A DNA stretch of 63,719 bases, counting the filler, from Octopus bimaculoides (taxonomy: Eukaryota): the NCBI RefSeq assembly GCF_001194135.2. It is 9 parts of 8 records of this genome, joined end to end, with 100 filler letters (N's around TTAATTAATTAA, not from the genome) between each part and the next. Parts side by side here need not be neighbours in the genome. Positions count along the whole stretch, not along the records: positions 51,555 to 60,262 come from NC_068988.1; positions 60,363 to 62,268 come from NC_068983.1; positions 62,369 to 63,719 come from NW_026434979.1; 6 more parts are not named here. One strand, written 5' to 3'. This document shows, one piece after another, positions 60,241 to 63,719 of the stretch. The position numbers were made by a program, and so were the translations under genes. The stretch's first letter is position 1, and each line of letters starts with the position of its first letter. Under the pieces are notes generated by a model. The model saw nothing but the letters and a program-made list of their open reading frames with translations, was not told where the DNA came from and did not search any database.

Positions 60241-60477
60241 ACACACATACACACACACACACNNNNNNNNNNNNNNNNNNNNNNNNNNNNNNNNNNNNNN
60301 NNNNNNTTAATTAATTAANNNNNNNNNNNNNNNNNNNNNNNNNNNNNNNNNNNNNNNNNNNNTCATCGTCATCCCCATTTTATTTTTTACTTTATTTTCG
60401 TCCCCATCGAAAAGAAAAACTCTACATTTGTATTTTGTCCCCTCTATGTTGAGCCCTGTGTGGCTAATAAAGAAACA

Positions 60478-60542
<65 letters not shown>

Positions 60543-60579
60543 CTCTGTTTGTCTGTCTTTCTATCTATCTAACTATCCA

Positions 60580-60642
<63 letters not shown>

Positions 60643-60744
60643 TTCTATCTATCTATCTATCTATGTATCACTTGCGAGTGTGTATGTGTGTGTATATATA
60701 TGTGTGTATGTGTATACACACACGCACATATATATATCTATTAT

Positions 60745-60928
60745 TTATCTTTTACCTGTTTCAGCACCATCTTCTAAGTCGAACAAATCGACCTCACGTC
60801 TTATACTTTTTAAGCCTGGTACTTATTCTATCGGTCACTTTTGCCGAACCGTTATATTGCGGGGACGTATGAACACCAACACAGGTTGCCAAGCGATATT
60901 GGGGGACAGACACGAAGACACACACACC

Positions 60929-60960
<32 letters not shown>

Positions 60961-61006
60961 CACACACATACACACACACACACACAGGCACACACACACA
61001 CACACA

Positions 61007-61037
<31 letters not shown>

Positions 61038-61405
61038 GCACACACACACAGATACATAGGCACAAAGGTACATGCATACATACATACACACACATATGTA
61101 TGTGTGTGTGTGTGTAAAAGATTAGGATTCGAGTGAACGAGGCATTTAAACGGTAAAGCACCGGCTCAGGTCAAAATTAGAATGCAAAATGAATTAAAAT
61201 TCGTTGGAAACAGCTGTAGTGAATTGACACATCCATCTGCTATGCACACGCACACACATATACTCTCACACACACTTATGCACAACAAGGCTTTGGTCGG
61301 TCCGAGGATATAGTATTACAGGGTTGCCCAAGGTGTCACGCAGTGGCATTGTACCCAGGACCATGTGGTTGGGAAGCAAGCTTCTTACTATGTAGCCACG
61401 CTTGC
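60745..61405 (-). mobile_element. SINE family A with an expanded internal (CA)n region
   Basis: Tail at 60745-60920 and head remnant at 61285-61405 (CAAGGCTTTGGTCGGTCCGAGG...CCATGTGGTTGGGAAGCAAGCTTCTTAC). Confidence 0.65.
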
Positions 61406-61517
61406 GCCTATAAATATATCTATACAGATATATACATACATATAGATGTATATACATATATATATGGATACATATTCATATATGTATATATACACGTGCA
61501 CATGGCCCCCAGGTACA

Positions 61518-61577
<60 letters not shown>

Positions 61578-61580
<3 letters not shown>

Positions 61581-61935
61581 GGTGCATGGCTCAGTGGTTA
61601 GAGCGTCGAGCTTACGATCATGAGGTTGTGAGTTCGATTCCCGCATCGGGCTGCATGTTGTGTTCTTGAGCAAGACACTTTATTTCACGTTGCTCCAGTT
61701 CATTCAGCTGTAGAAATGAGTCGCGACGTTACTGGTACCAAGCTGTATCGGCCTTTGCCTTTCATTTGGATAACATTGGTGGCGTGGAGAGGGGGCTAGT
61801 ATGCCTGGGCGACTGCTGGTCTTCCATAAAAACCTTAGGTTGTGTGCTTTCACCGGCGAAGCGACTTTCCGTCCACCAGATTTGTACCCCGGAGGGGAAC
61901 CTCTTAGGTGCACAAATTGTCATTCGTGACCGACA
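61578..61935 (+). mobile_element. Full-length CORE-type tRNA SINE
   Basis: A-box TGGCTCAGTGG, B-box GAGTTCGATTCC, CORE-like TGTGTTCTTGAGCAAGACACTTT...CAGCTG, and a tail shared with 36403-36605. Confidence 0.85.
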
Positions 61936-62369
61936 GAGTCGAGTTTTTATATATGTGTGTATATATAAGTCTGTCATACCGGCCATGACGAAGGGAAATA
62001 ACCTTGAAACTCGAGTCGCCTTTATATATTTATATATTTGATCCTTTATATTGAACACTCAATATTTCATCTACATTCAATACTTTATTTCATAGTGCCA
62101 TCCATTTTTATTTTATTTTATATTATATATTGTATATTATATTATATATTGTATATTCCATATTCTATATCCCACATTGGTTCTGCAGGAATATAAATAA
62201 AACATAAAAACAGACAGTGTTGGAACTCTTTTAAACAAAATAATATATTCCTCTATACACAATCATACNNNNNNNNNNNNNNNNNNNNNNNNNNNNNNNN
62301 NNNNNNNNNNNNTTAATTAATTAANNNNNNNNNNNNNNNNNNNNNNNNNNNNNNNNNNNNNNNNNNNNA

Positions 62370-63719
62370 GGCAGGTAATTTATCGTGTAAACCGTAGTTT
62401 ATAAGTATAATCATGTAGGGAATGGAGAAACAAACACAGGAAGAAACACTCGGACAAAACAAGGAATTCTTACACTATGGATATTAATTTATACCACCAG
62501 CTGCTACACAAAGAAATTACAAAAAAATATAAAGTAGCACCAGATAGCACCTTACGATCCATGAACTTAGCAGCCACTTTCGTGAAAAAACTGAGCCATT
62601 TGTACCACTTAGACATAGAATCACACTAAAAGACCATAAACCCAACTTCCTAACAGAAACTAAAGTTAGATTAATATGCCCAAATAGATCAGACCTATGT
62701 AAATTAAGTAAGCTAATACTACATAATTACACCCTTAAGCTAAAAAGTAGACTCACCCTTGAATTATGATCCAACACATACCAAGCCCTAAATTGGTTCT
62801 CCAAAATACTGAACACAAAAAACTATAGATTCATACAGATAGACATAGTAGATTACTACACCTAAATTAACCCCACGATCCTAAATAGTGCCCTAATATT
62901 CGCCAAAAACCACTCATATCTAACTATGAAAGAAATAAAAGTAATACTCGAAGCAAGGAAATCAGTTATAAGCTTTGATAACAAACTCTGGGTTCGGACT
63001 CCCCAAACTCTTTCGATATCACCATGGGAGTCCCGGATTCAGCTCAGATAACTGATTTAGTGGGCATATATTTGCTTTCATACATACAGGATGAATTACG
63101 AGATATCAAGGGAGGCTTATACAGGGACGACGCGCTTTTCATAATTAATAATCCTTCAAACAGGAAACTTGAACTCATAAAAAAAACCCTACACAAATTC
63201 TTTAAAAGATTCGGACAAGCCATTTCCATAGAAAATGAATACACCTCCATAAACTACTTAGACGCAAACTGCAACCTAGCCACAGGACTCCTTGAACCTT
63301 ACATAAAACCAAACACTAGCTTCAAATACATAATCGCATCTAGTAACCACCCGCTATTCCTTAAGAGAGGCTTAGTAAACAGCATAAGCAATAGAATATC
63401 ACGCCTCTTCTCTAACCAGGATATTTTCAATAAGCATAAGGAAATCTATAATATCGAACTAAATAAAGCAGGATTCAACCATAAAATTAAATACTAGACC
63501 CCAATAACCATACAAATGACCGAAATAAAGGGAATTTAAATGATATTAACACATACAATGATAACACATCAAACCCTACCGCAAACCACACCAACAATAA
63601 GGACACAATTAAACATAACAAAAATAATAGTAATGCAAAAGATCCCAAAGCCTACCCACATAACACCAAAAATACCAACAACAGCGTAAACACCAATACC
63701 AAAAATAATGCTACGTTAT
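62370..63719 (+). mobile_element. Penelope-like element reverse transcriptase, degenerate; continues beyond the window
   Basis: TLKDHKPNF..KVRLICPNRSDL, FIQIDIVDYY, FDITMGVPDSAQITDLVGIYLL, GLYRDD, INYLD, PYIKPN..YI.ASSNHP, ISNRISRL..IFNKHKEIYNIELNKAGF. Confidence 0.88.

Larger units (their letters stand above)
26518..62368. other. Eight artificial 100-bp scaffold spacers N44-TTAATTAATTAA-N44 (assembly artefact)
   Basis: The 12-mer occurs at 26562, 32609, 43666, 45988, 47537, 51499, 60307 and 62313, each centred in N runs. It encodes stops in all six frames. Confidence 0.92.

Noticed and set aside
1-63719. CRISPR arrays, operons or other prokaryotic systems
   Set aside because: No regularly spaced repeat-spacer arrays or prokaryotic gene organisation; the sequence is intron- and repeat-rich animal DNA.

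Overview
Repeat-saturated animal genomic DNA from a gapped draft assembly, with many N runs and eight artificial 100-bp N44-TTAATTAATTAA-N44 spacers. The SINE families and very high (TA)/(CA)/(GATA)/(CATA)/(GAT) microsatellite load look like Octopus (cephalopod) DNA; the species is an inference. The one well-supported host coding element is a 195-nt phase-1/phase-1 exon at 32251-32445 (+) encoding a chitin-binding type-2 (CBM14/peritrophin-A) domain; a few weak splice-flanked candidates are also noted. The rest is mobile DNA: a near-complete decayed L1/Tx1-type LINE with a CCHC ORF1 and APE-RT ORF2 (26618-30127, -), two large RTE fragments, a CR1-like RT remnant, 3' ends of an RLE-type (R4/Dong-like) LINE tied to (CATA)n microsatellites, Penelope-like RT and GIY-YIG remnants, at least five tRNA-SINE or LINE-tail families, and several MITEs (hAT with 8-bp TSD, Tc1/mariner, piggyBac-like). 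The best leads are the minimal type-I hammerhead ribozyme motifs (one with an intact core inside a SINE-like unit), the (CATA)n-associated RLE LINE, and an inverted telomere-repeat block abutting the L1/Tx1 5' end. Most ORFs in the supplied track are microsatellite or gap artefacts. Repeat coordinates are hand-read and approximate to about 10-20 bp unless motifs are quoted.
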